From an uncultured Rhabdochlamydiaceae bacterium (lineage in GTDB: Bacteria; Chlamydiota; Chlamydiia; Chlamydiales; Rhabdochlamydiaceae): a stretch of DNA of 64,000 bases. This document shows, piece after piece, positions 55,155 through 64,000 of this stretch (positions are counted from its first letter, which is position 1; the number at the start of each line of letters is the position of its first letter). The DNA is taken from positions 1 through 64,000 of the forward strand of contig CAVQHD010000001.1 of assembly GCA_963712275.1 (NCBI GenBank), given 5' to 3'. Below the pieces are notes generated by a model. The model made no database searches, was not told where the DNA came from, and was given only the letters and a program-made list of their open reading frames with translations. The position numbers were made by a program, and so were the translations under genes.

Positions 55155-57746
55155 ATGCACTATCATAGGAGCGAATTCTTTAGACAATTTAAAGAGAGAG
55201 TTGCAACTCCCTCTAAATGGATACTCTTCTGCCTTGCTTCGACATCTCTTATGAGCAAGCCGCTTCAAGAAGAATGTACTCCAGGTCCTGAATACATGCG
55301 TGTCGGCTGGCGCCATATCGAAGGCAACGGGGTTGGATACAACACCGGTTATACAACTGCAGAAATGTTTTTAGCGGCTCCTCCGGAAAGATTCCATACG
55401 ACGCCTTTTATCGATCTTCGAGGACATATTTTCGACAATGGGAGATGGGCTGCAAATGGCGGCCTTGGCATTCGGGGCATCCTCAAGGATAGAGTCTACG
55501 GGCTTAATCTCTATTACGACTACCGAAACTCAAAAAGGAAAAATTACAACCAGATCAGCTGCGGGATCGAAACTCTTGGAAATCGATGGGATTTCCGATG
55601 GAATGGATACTTTCCCATTGGAAACACAAAAAGCAAAGGCTATCATTCTCAATTTGATCACTTTTCGGGCAACTCGATGTATATCACTCGCAAATTTGAA
55701 TATGCTCTGCTGGGAACGAATGCAGAGGCGGGCTTTCATTTTGCACAAGTCAAAGATGTGAGCTTCTATGGTGCTCTAGGCCCTTATTATTTTAAAGGAC
55801 CCTTAGGGCCTAATCTTTGGGGAGGAGAGGCTCGCCTCAATGGAAAATATAAAGAATATGTAAAACTAGAAGTGAGCTACTCGTATGACAATGTGTTCCG
55901 CAATATTGTTCAAGGGCAATTTTTTCTCATGATTCCTCTGAGCCCTAAATCTTCTATCAAAAAGAAAAAGAAGGCTTCTTCTTCCTGTGAAAACACCAAA
56001 ATATTATATGAGAGAATGGTTCAACCTGTCGAGCGAGATGAAATTATCGTTCTTGGTCATCGAAGAAAACAAAGCCTTGCGATCAACCCCGCGACAAATC
56101 GACCCTACACATTTTGGTTCGTTGATAATACGAGCCATTCTGCTGGAACCTTTGAAAGTCCTTTCTCGACTTTAGCCGATGCTCAAAATAGCTCACAGCC
56201 TAGCGACGTCATTTATGTTTTTCCTGGAGACGGAACTACAACAGGCCTGGACGCTGGTATCACATTACAAGATAATCAACGCCTCTGGGGCTCATCCATA
56301 CCTCACTCTCTCCCAACAACTCATGGAACAGTGACCATCCCTGCGACCTCTTCCGGATCCTACAACGATATCATCCCCCCTATTATACTTGGGGCTGCAC
56401 CTCAGCTGACCAATACGGGTGGAAGCGGAGATGTGGTGACTGTCGCCAATAACAATGAAATTGCAGGTTTTTACATTCAGCCTTTAACAGGCAATGGAAT
56501 TATTGCTAATTCTTCCATTACAAATTTAACAATTAAAAATAACGTTCTTCAAGGACCTGCTAATTTAGCTACAACAAACAAAGCTTTAATCAATGTCGCT
56601 GATGTTCAAGGAACATTGTTGATTACTGAAAACCTGATATATCCCGGTGGCTCAGATAACAATCAGACGAATGTCGGTATCCTTATCAATGCGATAAACA
56701 TTCAAAATGCAAATTACATCATCTCAAATAATGACGCCCCTGCCAATGCAGATTTTTTAATAGCGACATATACAGACTGTGCCAACATTTCGACAACAAT
56801 CTCTCAGAATGACTTTAATGTCTTTGGCGCTGTGGCCACTATGACGTTCTATAACGCGACGGCTCAAGCAGCTCATTCTGTAAACATCGAAGGCAATACA
56901 ATTTATGCCGATGCAGGAGATTCCTCTTCTGTCACCTGTATCTTCCTAGCGCTTCAAAATAATGCAAACGTGACAGCTCAGCTGGTAAATAATATTTTAT
57001 TTACTCCAGATGCGTCCGGATTTGCGGCTTTATTAACCGAAAATTCTCAAATGAATCTGACCGTAGCAAATAATGAGATCACTTGTTGGGTTACCCCCAT
57101 CGCTATCACTTTAGGAGATCCTAGTAATTTACAGGGCTTCCAACCAACGATAACAGCCTCAATTTCAGATAATACACTCGTCTTTGATGAAGGGGCGGGA
57201 ATTAATATTTTTACCTATGACAATGCAGCCGCAAATTTATCTATCCTAAGCAACGCAATATCTGGAGTCTCGCAAAACTATGGGGGTACGACCCAGAACG
57301 TTTACGTAGAAACCAACCAAAATGCAACAGCTCTAACAACTCTTTCAGATAATCTCATGCAATCAGGTACAACTGCCATCTCTTTTGCAACTTATGACAA
57401 TTCTGAGCAAATAGCAACGATCACTAACAATAACGTGACGCACGTCGAATTCTATGGCCTCACCTTTGAAACAGATGCGACGAGCCAGGGAATTTGGAAA
57501 GTCGATGGCAATTTCTTTGTAGCAACGCCCTCCGGCGCTATCTTAGCAACCTCGAATGGGACTTCTACAACCTGTCTAAGTGTGACCAATAATTTTGCAG
57601 CACCTGTCCAATTACCTGGAGGACCTGGCACCTATCAGTTTACGAATAGCGGCGGAACCTTTCAGCTAGAGCCTCTAAGTGGAAATATTGGAATTGTGAC
57701 AGAAACGGGAGTCATTACTCCAGTACCTGGAGGGACTTGCCAATAA
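55155..57746 (+). CDS. Inverse-autotransporter (invasin/intimin-like) beta-barrel protein with Asn/Thr-rich beta-helix passenger
   Basis: AAGGAG RBS; N-terminal barrel (AANGGLGIR, GLNLYYDYR, GIETLG..WDFR.NGYFP, QPVER.EII), FVDNT...GTFE.PF.TL..A, then repeated I..N beta-helix turns. Confidence 0.85.
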   Translation: MHYHRSEFFRQFKERVATPSKWILFCLASTSLMSKPLQEECTPGPEYMRVGWRHIEGNGVGYNTGYTTAEMFLAAPPERFHTTPFIDLRGHIFDNGRWAANGGLGIRGILKDRVYGLNLYYDYRNSKRKNYNQISCGIETLGNRWDFRWNGYFPIGNTKSKGYHSQFDHFSGNSMYITRKFEYALLGTNAEAGFHFAQVKDVSFYGALGPYYFKGPLGPNLWGGEARLNGKYKEYVKLEVSYSYDNVFRNIVQGQFFLMIPLSPKSSIKKKKKASSSCENTKILYERMVQPVERDEIIVLGHRRKQSLAINPATNRPYTFWFVDNTSHSAGTFESPFSTLADAQNSSQPSDVIYVFPGDGTTTGLDAGITLQDNQRLWGSSIPHSLPTTHGTVTIPATSSGSYNDIIPPIILGAAPQLTNTGGSGDVVTVANNNEIAGFYIQPLTGNGIIANSSITNLTIKNNVLQGPANLATTNKALINVADVQGTLLITENLIYPGGSDNNQTNVGILINAINIQNANYIISNNDAPANADFLIATYTDCANISTTISQNDFNVFGAVATMTFYNATAQAAHSVNIEGNTIYADAGDSSSVTCIFLALQNNANVTAQLVNNILFTPDASGFAALLTENSQMNLTVANNEITCWVTPIAITLGDPSNLQGFQPTITASISDNTLVFDEGAGINIFTYDNAAANLSILSNAISGVSQNYGGTTQNVYVETNQNATALTTLSDNLMQSGTTAISFATYDNSEQIATITNNNVTHVEFYGLTFETDATSQGIWKVDGNFFVATPSGAILATSNGTSTTCLSVTNNFAAPVQLPGGPGTYQFTNSGGTFQLEPLSGNIGIVTETGVITPVPGGTCQ

Positions 57747-57753
57747 GGGCCCG

Positions 57754-59562
57754 TCATCTAGGTAGATTCGTCACATCCGCCGCGCATCGAAATCCATAGG
57801 TTCCATTCATTGTACCAGGATTATTCCGGTGCCGGTGGGAACACCTTAAATCTTCCTTTAAACTTTTCCAACATCCCCCGCGCAAGACCCGATAGACCCC
57901 TTGGACGGGACCTTTGGGATTTTGCGGCTCCTGGACAGAAAGGTTGTAGTAGGAATAATCGTACCAATCTTGACACCATTCGTAGACATTACCTGCCATA
58001 TCGTAGAGCCCATAACCATTGGCCGGATAACTCATGACGGGCGTGGTATCGGAGCTAAAGAAATTAGCCTGTGTTCGATCAATATCCATTCCTGTGGGGT
58101 AAATGCAATCGATAAAACCACCTGAGGCCGCCACCTCCCACTCTGCTTCCGTCGGCAGCCGCTTCCCTGTCCATTTTGCATAAGCAACAGCCCCATACCA
58201 GGTGACGCCAACGACAGGATGCTTAGCATACCCAGACTCGATAGAGATTTTACCGCCCATCCGTTTAATGCGTGTTTCTCGAAGACGGATAATATCGTTG
58301 TTATGATAATCTTTTTCCCCTCCCATCTCTTCAAGAAATCGGGCAAATTGCTCGTTGGTAATTGGATGGATATCAATGGCATACGGATTTAAAGTGATTT
58401 GATGCCGGGGCATCTCATCCCGCCCCCCTTTGTTGCTTCCCCTTTCAAAGCTTCCCCCTGGAATCACGACCATTTCTGTTAAGATCGGCCTAACCTCTTC
58501 TTTAACCTCTGTGGCAGGCTGATACCGTCCCACAACGGACTCTGTCTGAAATATTGCCCCAGGATCAGGTTCATACTCAGGCCGTTTAATTTCTGTGGGA
58601 TTAAGAACGGGTTTGAAGATCACCGCAGGAGCCTCTGGCTCTTCAGCAGAAGAGTTTTCCGATAGATCTAAAAAAAGCTCTCCCAGTTGAGAAGGTCTTT
58701 TCTCCGGCTCTGCCGCTAAACATTTCCGAATCACTGAGTCCCATCTCAGTTTGTATTGAGGCACCATCCCAGCAACGGACTCAAAGGCTCCTTCAGGGTA
58801 CCGGCCCGTGAGAAGAAAATAGAGAAGAACGCCAAAAGCATAGACATCAGACTTAGCGCCAGAGGCGACCGCGGCTTGCCACCGTTGCTCAGGGGCTAGA
58901 AATAGATAGTGGTGCAAAAATGAAAGGTGTTTTTTAGGAAGCATTTCAACCGGCTGCCCCACTTTATCTGCAATCGCTTGATAAATCCGGCTCATGTAAG
59001 GAGAAGACCCTAAGATTCTGCAGAGGCCAAAGTCAGAAATTTGGACGACGAGGCCTGATACTTTTTTGAGAATCAAAATATTGGATGGTTTTAAACCGCG
59101 GTGTGCAAAAGGGTCCTGGATTGACCCCTTCTGGTGGCAATAATCTAATGCAGCCCCGATTTGTTTCGCAATTTGGACAATTTCTTCCTCTGGAAGACGT
59201 CCTCCCCTTTGTTTAAGATATTCATATAAATTTAAGATTTCTCCTTTCTCATCCATCACAGGATCTGTGACAAGAAAGTAATACCCTTCCGCCTCAGAAA
59301 CATTATGAACTTTAACAATATTAGGATGATCGAGGGCGGCAAGAAGGGAAACCTCCGATTCAAAGCGGGATAAAAAGTCACTATTTTGACACAGCTCAGC
59401 ATCGAGAATTTTAAGAACAAAAGGTCTTTTCAAAAACCGGTGCTGCGCTAGGTAAGTCGAGCCCAAGGCTCCCTGCCCTAGCTGGCGAAGAATTGTATAA
59501 TCACCTAAATGCTCAGCTTCTTGAATCGGTGATTTTTGATTGGTAAATGTGGCGCCTCCCAT
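57754..59562 (-). CDS. pkn1: Pkn1-type Ser/Thr kinase domain + FGE-sulfatase domain fusion
   Basis: LGQGALG, VLK, HPNIV, HRGLKPSN, DFG, APE, SDVY..G; C-terminal RLPTEAEWE.AA, GLYDMAGNVYEW, RGG.W, GFRC. Confidence 0.88.
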   Translation of the reverse strand: MGGATFTNQKSPIQEAEHLGDYTILRQLGQGALGSTYLAQHRFLKRPFVLKILDAELCQNSDFLSRFESEVSLLAALDHPNIVKVHNVSEAEGYYFLVTDPVMDEKGEILNLYEYLKQRGGRLPEEEIVQIAKQIGAALDYCHQKGSIQDPFAHRGLKPSNILILKKVSGLVVQISDFGLCRILGSSPYMSRIYQAIADKVGQPVEMLPKKHLSFLHHYLFLAPEQRWQAAVASGAKSDVYAFGVLLYFLLTGRYPEGAFESVAGMVPQYKLRWDSVIRKCLAAEPEKRPSQLGELFLDLSENSSAEEPEAPAVIFKPVLNPTEIKRPEYEPDPGAIFQTESVVGRYQPATEVKEEVRPILTEMVVIPGGSFERGSNKGGRDEMPRHQITLNPYAIDIHPITNEQFARFLEEMGGEKDYHNNDIIRLRETRIKRMGGKISIESGYAKHPVVGVTWYGAVAYAKWTGKRLPTEAEWEVAASGGFIDCIYPTGMDIDRTQANFFSSDTTPVMSYPANGYGLYDMAGNVYEWCQDWYDYSYYNLSVQEPQNPKGPVQGVYRVLRGGCWKSLKEDLRCSHRHRNNPGTMNGTYGFRCAADVTNLPR

Positions 59563-59653
59563 AGAATCCTTCTTTTCAATTAAGCACTAGTGTTTCCCTA
59601 GCTTTCACGATTTCGTCGTATTTGGTCAAGAGAGGATCGCAGGGCATAGGAAA

Positions 59654-59846
59654 TTAGAACAGATGTTTTGAAACTTTTGCTCACTCGGGCTTATTTCCAT
59701 TTCTTCACCACAGAGACACAGTGAGGGAAGAGATTGCACAGAGGAAAAAGTTTTTCCTCTGTGCAATCTCTTCCCTCACTGTGTCTCTGTGGTGAAGAAA
59801 TGGAAATAAGCCCGAGTGAGCAAAAGTTTCAAAACATCTGTTCTAA
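59654..59846. repeat. Perfect 193-bp palindrome (96-bp arms, 1-nt centre at 59750)
   Basis: Arms checked base by base as exact reverse complements; overlaps the last codons of the YyaL-like gene. Confidence 0.95.
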
Positions 59847-61637
59847 ATAACGAGAAAGGGCAATTAAATGATAAAACGCTGCAGGCGCAGACTGTTCCAT
59901 CACAGGTTTAGAAGCCTTTAAAATATCTTCAGCTTGCTTGATAAACCGATCCTGCCCTGTCATCGCATAAAGACGGAGAAGATTTTCGGCATGGACTGCA
60001 TTCCCCGACGGCTCTGCTCCATCATAAAAATCGCACTTTCGAATCGGCAGAAGTCCATTTCCATCAGTTTGGTAAAACGCCCCATCAATCTCTTTAAAAT
60101 CACGCGTTAAAATGTCAGAGAGTTCGATAGCCCAGTGGAGGTAAGACTCCCCTGCCCCCTGCTCAAAAAGCGTCAAGAGTCCTTTGATCAGAAAAGCGTA
60201 ATCCTCTAAAAGTCCATTAAACCGGCTTTCCCCTTCACACCAACGATGAAGAAGCTTGCCCTCTTTCCAGAGCTCTTTTTGCAAAAATGCCACAGCCTGC
60301 TTTGCTGCTTGGGTGTACTTTGGCTCTTCAAGAAAGCTCCCTCCAAGCGCAAGCGCATCAATGGCAAGCCCATTCCAAGATGTGAGAATTTTTTCATCCC
60401 GGGTCGGCCGAGGACGGGTCTGCCGATTTTCGAAAAGCGTCCTTTTCGCTCTGTTTAGACTTGCTTTCACCTCATCAACCGGTACCTGGGCAGCTCTCGC
60501 AAAGTCCTCTAGAGGAAGGTCGATATGAAGCACGCTGCGCCCTTCAAAATTTCCAAGGGACGTCACATCGTAAAATGCACAAAATAGATCCGCGTCGTCT
60601 CCCGGAATGATCTTTTGTACCTCTTCAGGTGTCCAGGTATAGAAAACCCCTTCTTTTCCTTCCGTATCTGCATCTTCACCTGCAAAAAAAGCTCCTTCAG
60701 GATGCATGAGATCCCGTAAGATGTAGTCTAAAATTTCACGAGCGGTTTGCTGATAAAGAAGATCGCCTGTGCACTTCCACACCTGCAAGTAAGTGCGGGC
60801 TAAAATACTGTTATCGTAGAGCATTTTTTCAAAATGTGGAATCGTCCATTCTTCATCCACAGCGTATCTCGCAAACCCTCCTCCTAGATGGTCGTAAATG
60901 CCTCCTCGCTGCATAGCACCTAGCGTCAATGTGACATAGTAAAGAGCGCGGCTATCAAAGCGACGCTTCGACCACCAGAGTAAAAACTCCGCTTGAAATC
61001 CTAAAGGAAATTTAGACGCTCCTTTGAGCCCTCCATAGATGGGATCTGCCAGCTGAAAAAAAGTGGCGACTGCAGCTTCAAGAATGGATTCAGTTGGAAG
61101 CTCGCTCCCCGTTGCATTTGCCGACCTGCCAAACGCTTCAACCAGCTGATCCGCTTGTAGAAGAAGCTCTTTCCTCTCAGGACCATCCCAAAGCTCTTTC
61201 ACTTGAACAAGCAGGTCGGTAATGCAAGGAAGGCCCTTCATCGGCTTCAGAGGAAGGTACGTCGAAGCAAAGAGCGGTTTTAAGTCGGGTGTTAAAATCA
61301 AGTTCAGCGGCCACCCTGCAGGGCCTCCCATCATGGTTTGCGCAAAATCCATATAGAGACTATCCACTTCAGGATGCTCTTCCCGATCGACTTTAATGGA
61401 AATAAAATGGTCATTTAAATAGCTGCCAACCTCTTTGTCGGAAAATGCTTCTCGCTCCATCACATGGCACCAGTGGCATGTCGAATATCCAATCGAAAGA
61501 AAGACAGGGCGATTTAACTCTTGCGCCTTTTGACAAGGCTCATCTCCCCATGGATACCAATCAATCGGGTTACGGGCATGCTGTTGAAGATAGGGGGATT
61601 TTTCGTGGACCAGTCGATTTGAGAACGAGCCCGTCAC
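59829..61637 (-). CDS. Thioredoxin-domain protein YyaL/SPATA20 family, apparently C-terminally truncated
   Basis: [67 protein letters not shown] start overlapping the upstream stop. Confidence 0.92.
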   Translation of the reverse strand: MTGSFSNRLVHEKSPYLQQHARNPIDWYPWGDEPCQKAQELNRPVFLSIGYSTCHWCHVMEREAFSDKEVGSYLNDHFISIKVDREEHPEVDSLYMDFAQTMMGGPAGWPLNLILTPDLKPLFASTYLPLKPMKGLPCITDLLVQVKELWDGPERKELLLQADQLVEAFGRSANATGSELPTESILEAAVATFFQLADPIYGGLKGASKFPLGFQAEFLLWWSKRRFDSRALYYVTLTLGAMQRGGIYDHLGGGFARYAVDEEWTIPHFEKMLYDNSILARTYLQVWKCTGDLLYQQTAREILDYILRDLMHPEGAFFAGEDADTEGKEGVFYTWTPEEVQKIIPGDDADLFCAFYDVTSLGNFEGRSVLHIDLPLEDFARAAQVPVDEVKASLNRAKRTLFENRQTRPRPTRDEKILTSWNGLAIDALALGGSFLEEPKYTQAAKQAVAFLQKELWKEGKLLHRWCEGESRFNGLLEDYAFLIKGLLTLFEQGAGESYLHWAIELSDILTRDFKEIDGAFYQTDGNGLLPIRKCDFYDGAEPSGNAVHAENLLRLYAMTGQDRFIKQAEDILKASKPVMEQSAPAAFYHLIALSRYLEQMF

Positions 61638-62041
61638 AAGACTCCTAAAAACTTGGCCAGATACCAAGCAAGCACTAAAATAACCGCAGAAAGAGCTGCC
61701 CAAAGAATGTTCGGCAGCCACCTCACCCCACTATTTTGACTTCCTCGCATTTCAAGAGTGCCGATTCCATAGGAAAAGTCATGCTTCTCCCCCACTGTTT
61801 GAAATGGCGCAGGGTGGTGTTGCATCAGCTCTTGCAATTCAAATCCTAGAAAAGTGGCATATTGCTTTAAAAACCCTTGCGCATAAACTCCTGCCAGCAG
61901 ATTTGCCGCTGTCCCATTTTCAATCGCTTCGAGATACGACTGACGAATAGATGTCGCATTTTCTACCTCTTTCAGTGAGAGGTTTTTCTCCTGACGCTTT
62001 GATTTAAGAGTCTCTCCAAGCCGTCTGTGCTCTTCTGTCAT
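61634..62041 (-). CDS. rodZ: RodZ-like HTH membrane protein (short form)
   Basis: LGETLK..R....LSL.EV...T.IR..YLEAIE.G......Y..GFLK.YA.FLG plus C-terminal TM; GAGG RBS. Confidence 0.85.
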   Translation of the reverse strand: MTEEHRRLGETLKSKRQEKNLSLKEVENATSIRQSYLEAIENGTAANLLAGVYAQGFLKQYATFLGFELQELMQHHPAPFQTVGEKHDFSYGIGTLEMRGSQNSGVRWLPNILWAALSAVILVLAWYLAKFLGVL

Positions 62042-62109
62042 CGTTTACCTCAGAATTATGTCAATAAGCGCAGTATATCCCAATGCCCTGTCGCAAAGCA
62101 AGCAGACCG

Positions 62110-62351
62110 TTCACCTACCCCCATTAGAGGAAAAAAGATCGGGCAAGGGAACGGACACGGTAACGTTCACGAAAGAAGCCCCCTGAGCTATTTTCGCTAA
62201 CATCGAGGCGGGGCGTATCAGCAATTCAGACCCTTGCTATACTGCGCTTCTTGTACCGGACACAGTCTTCAGCCTTTTCTTTCGTGAACGTTACCGTGCC
62301 CGTTCCCTTGCCCGATCTTTTTTCCTCTAATGGGAGTAGGTGAATAGTTAC
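62110..62351. mobile_element. Family B element (opposite orientation to the 36191 copy)
   Basis: Same ~70-bp inverted arms; interior resembles the reverse complement of 36307-36354; right end GTGAATAGTTAC. Confidence 0.85.
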
Positions 62352-62522
62352 GAATTTAATATATTTCAGACTAATTATCAGCAACTTAAGACTTAACTGC
62401 AATAGTTCGCATTAAAATAATTGTTTTATTATAAATCTTGATTGTTTATATTAAAGATAGGCGACTGTTTATTTCCGTGCAGCCTTGTTATAACAAAACT
62501 AAAACAAATTAAGAGGAAATAT

Positions 62523-62639
62523 ATGAAAAGAACGATGTCCTTAAAACATTTTAGACGAAGAAAAGCTCTACTTGCTAAAAAACTCAATGCTGTTTCTAAA
62601 GATCTCCACAGACTCTCTTTCCACATCAGACATTGGTAA
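62523..62639 (+). CDS. Small basic protein, 38 aa (MKRTMSLKHFRRRKALLAKKLNAVSKDLHRLSFHIRHW)
   Basis: GAGG RBS 6 nt before ATG, AT-rich upstream region, hairpin 11 nt after the stop. Confidence 0.6.
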   Translation: MKRTMSLKHFRRRKALLAKKLNAVSKDLHRLSFHIRHW

Positions 62640-62650
62640 TACCGCTTTAA

Positions 62651-62693
62651 CATTTGAGGTCAGGACTCTCCATAAAGAGCCTGACCTCAAATG
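62651..62693. terminator. Hairpin between convergent genes
   Basis: CATTTGAGGTCAGG...CCTGACCTCAAATG. Confidence 0.7.
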
Positions 62694-62733
62694 CCTTCAG
62701 TGAGATCCGATGATCTTAGCATAGAGCGCTGAA

Positions 62734-64000
62734 TCATTCGTTAGGAGAACGCCTTCCGTTAAAAGAGCCTTCTCCAGAAACCCTCTTTAAAGAAAGCTTC
62801 ATTTCCTCAGAAGAGCTCATCAATAAAGCATATCTCTCTTCTCCTTCCTTAAACAGAAGCCCTTTGTAAAGGTCTTTTTCCCATGTTAGATTCCATACAA
62901 AACCCATCGGGTTGCGCCGCATAAAAAAGTGGGTCAGTCCCGACTTTACTTCCTTTCTTTGAGTCGATCGAATCCATTGATCGATTTGACTTTTTTCAGC
63001 TTTATCGATGCCATAGATGATGAGCCTCTGTTTGGGCTGTAGGTTGAAAGAAGAACGGTGATAGGCAAACTGGCCAAGATCTGTAAGGCTGGTATAAATA
63101 TCCCCAAATTCTGTCATCAATGTAAAGCCATCTTTGGAGACAATTTCTATCCAATCTTCATCCCATTTAGCGTCAACCCCCGCTATTCCGCAGGCGTCTA
63201 TCCTCATTGTTTTTCCCAAAGGTACGACTATTTGATTCAAGACAAATTTAACATAACTTCGTATCGGGGGAAAAACATGAGGATATTCTTTTTCTAAATC
63301 TAAAAGGGCTTTATCGTGAATTCTCAAGATTTGATTAGGAAGAATCTCCATCTTCCCTTTCATCTTCATGTACGATCGAAAACCCTCTATGCTGAATAAA
63401 AACGTTGGAGGTTCGGTCAAAGAAAGGGTCATTCCATGATGAGCTCGAATCGTAAAACATCTCTGCCCAGCCGCGCTTCCATAGGTCGTCCATCCACTAG
63501 AAACAGTGCAGTTAGTATCCTCACTTCCAAAGCTAAGATTTAATGTAAACCCTAGAGGAACTCTCCGATTGAAAACTTTTTCGATGTTTTTTTGAATAGA
63601 TGATTCTAATTCATATTCCTTTTCTGTTCTCCCAAGAATGACCAGTTCTTGATTTGGGGCAAACTCTACCTTAGAAATGGAAAAAGCAATCATGGTCTTG
63701 AAAAGCTCTGAGAGATGCGTATAAATCGCCTCTTTTTGCGCTATCACTGCCATCCCCGCTGAACACCTAAGAAAAATGTTGTTTGCAATATGATAATTAA
63801 TTCTTCCTGGGGCATCGAACTGAAATGTGATTGTTTTAGCCAGTGGAAGAGCTATTTTGTTTAGAATCTGAAATATGAGTTGTGTTGCCTCATCCGGTGC
63901 AACATCAAAAAGATTTTTATCTAAATTCGTTAGAACCGAAATATTTCGCACTTCCAACGGCTGATTAGGAGGAATGAAAAGCGCATCATGCTCTCGGAAG
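62734..64000 (-). CDS. Hypothetical protein, partial (start beyond right edge), with two tandem copies of an unknown ~165-aa domain
   Basis: Frame stays open from 62734 to the window edge; internal repeat motifs visible. Confidence 0.8.
   Translation of the reverse strand, partial: FREHDALFIPPNQPLEVRNISVLTNLDKNLFDVAPDEATQLIFQILNKIALPLAKTITFQFDAPGRINYHIANNIFLRCSAGMAVIAQKEAIYTHLSELFKTMIAFSISKVEFAPNQELVILGRTEKEYELESSIQKNIEKVFNRRVPLGFTLNLSFGSEDTNCTVSSGWTTYGSAAGQRCFTIRAHHGMTLSLTEPPTFLFSIEGFRSYMKMKGKMEILPNQILRIHDKALLDLEKEYPHVFPPIRSYVKFVLNQIVVPLGKTMRIDACGIAGVDAKWDEDWIEIVSKDGFTLMTEFGDIYTSLTDLGQFAYHRSSFNLQPKQRLIIYGIDKAEKSQIDQWIRSTQRKEVKSGLTHFFMRRNPMGFVWNLTWEKDLYKGLLFKEGEERYALLMSSSEEMKLSLKRVSGEGSFNGRRSPNE

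Noticed and set aside
62523..62639. Ribosomal protein L34 (rpmH)
   Set aside because: Only MKRT matches; the conserved QP...GF..RM motif and rnpA context are absent

Overview
This window is from a bacterial chromosome that looks like an environmental Chlamydiota (inferred from a Pkn1-type kinase-FGE fusion, a SET-domain protein, a short RodZ-like protein, a long FtsH and Inc-like proteins). The backbone is housekeeping genes: hemE, tkt, alaS, mfd, efp-epmA, ftsH-tilS, lptFG, rplM-rpsI, pgsA, and tRNA-Gln-prs-rplY-pth-rpsF-rpsR-rplI-hldD-hldE. These are interspersed with lineage-specific putative effectors, toxin-antitoxin modules (one intact, two apparently missing their toxin), an IS630 remnant and several families of long palindromic MITE/REP-like elements. 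The main finding is an apparently complete microcin J25-like lasso peptide gene cluster at about 50.26-55.10 kb. It has a 41-aa precursor missed by the ORF track (50340-50465; predicted core GLVGAPAEGITRHYNA, Gly1-Glu8 ring), a fused RRE/leader peptidase B, an ABC exporter D and an asparagine-synthetase-like cyclase C, arranged A(+) B(-) D(-) C(+). Other notable items are a stand-alone SH2-like gene, tandem kinase-like effector paralogs, a PARP-like ORF at the left edge, and a perfect 193-bp palindrome that truncates a YyaL-family gene. All calls come from reading the sequence and recognising motifs; no database searches were run.
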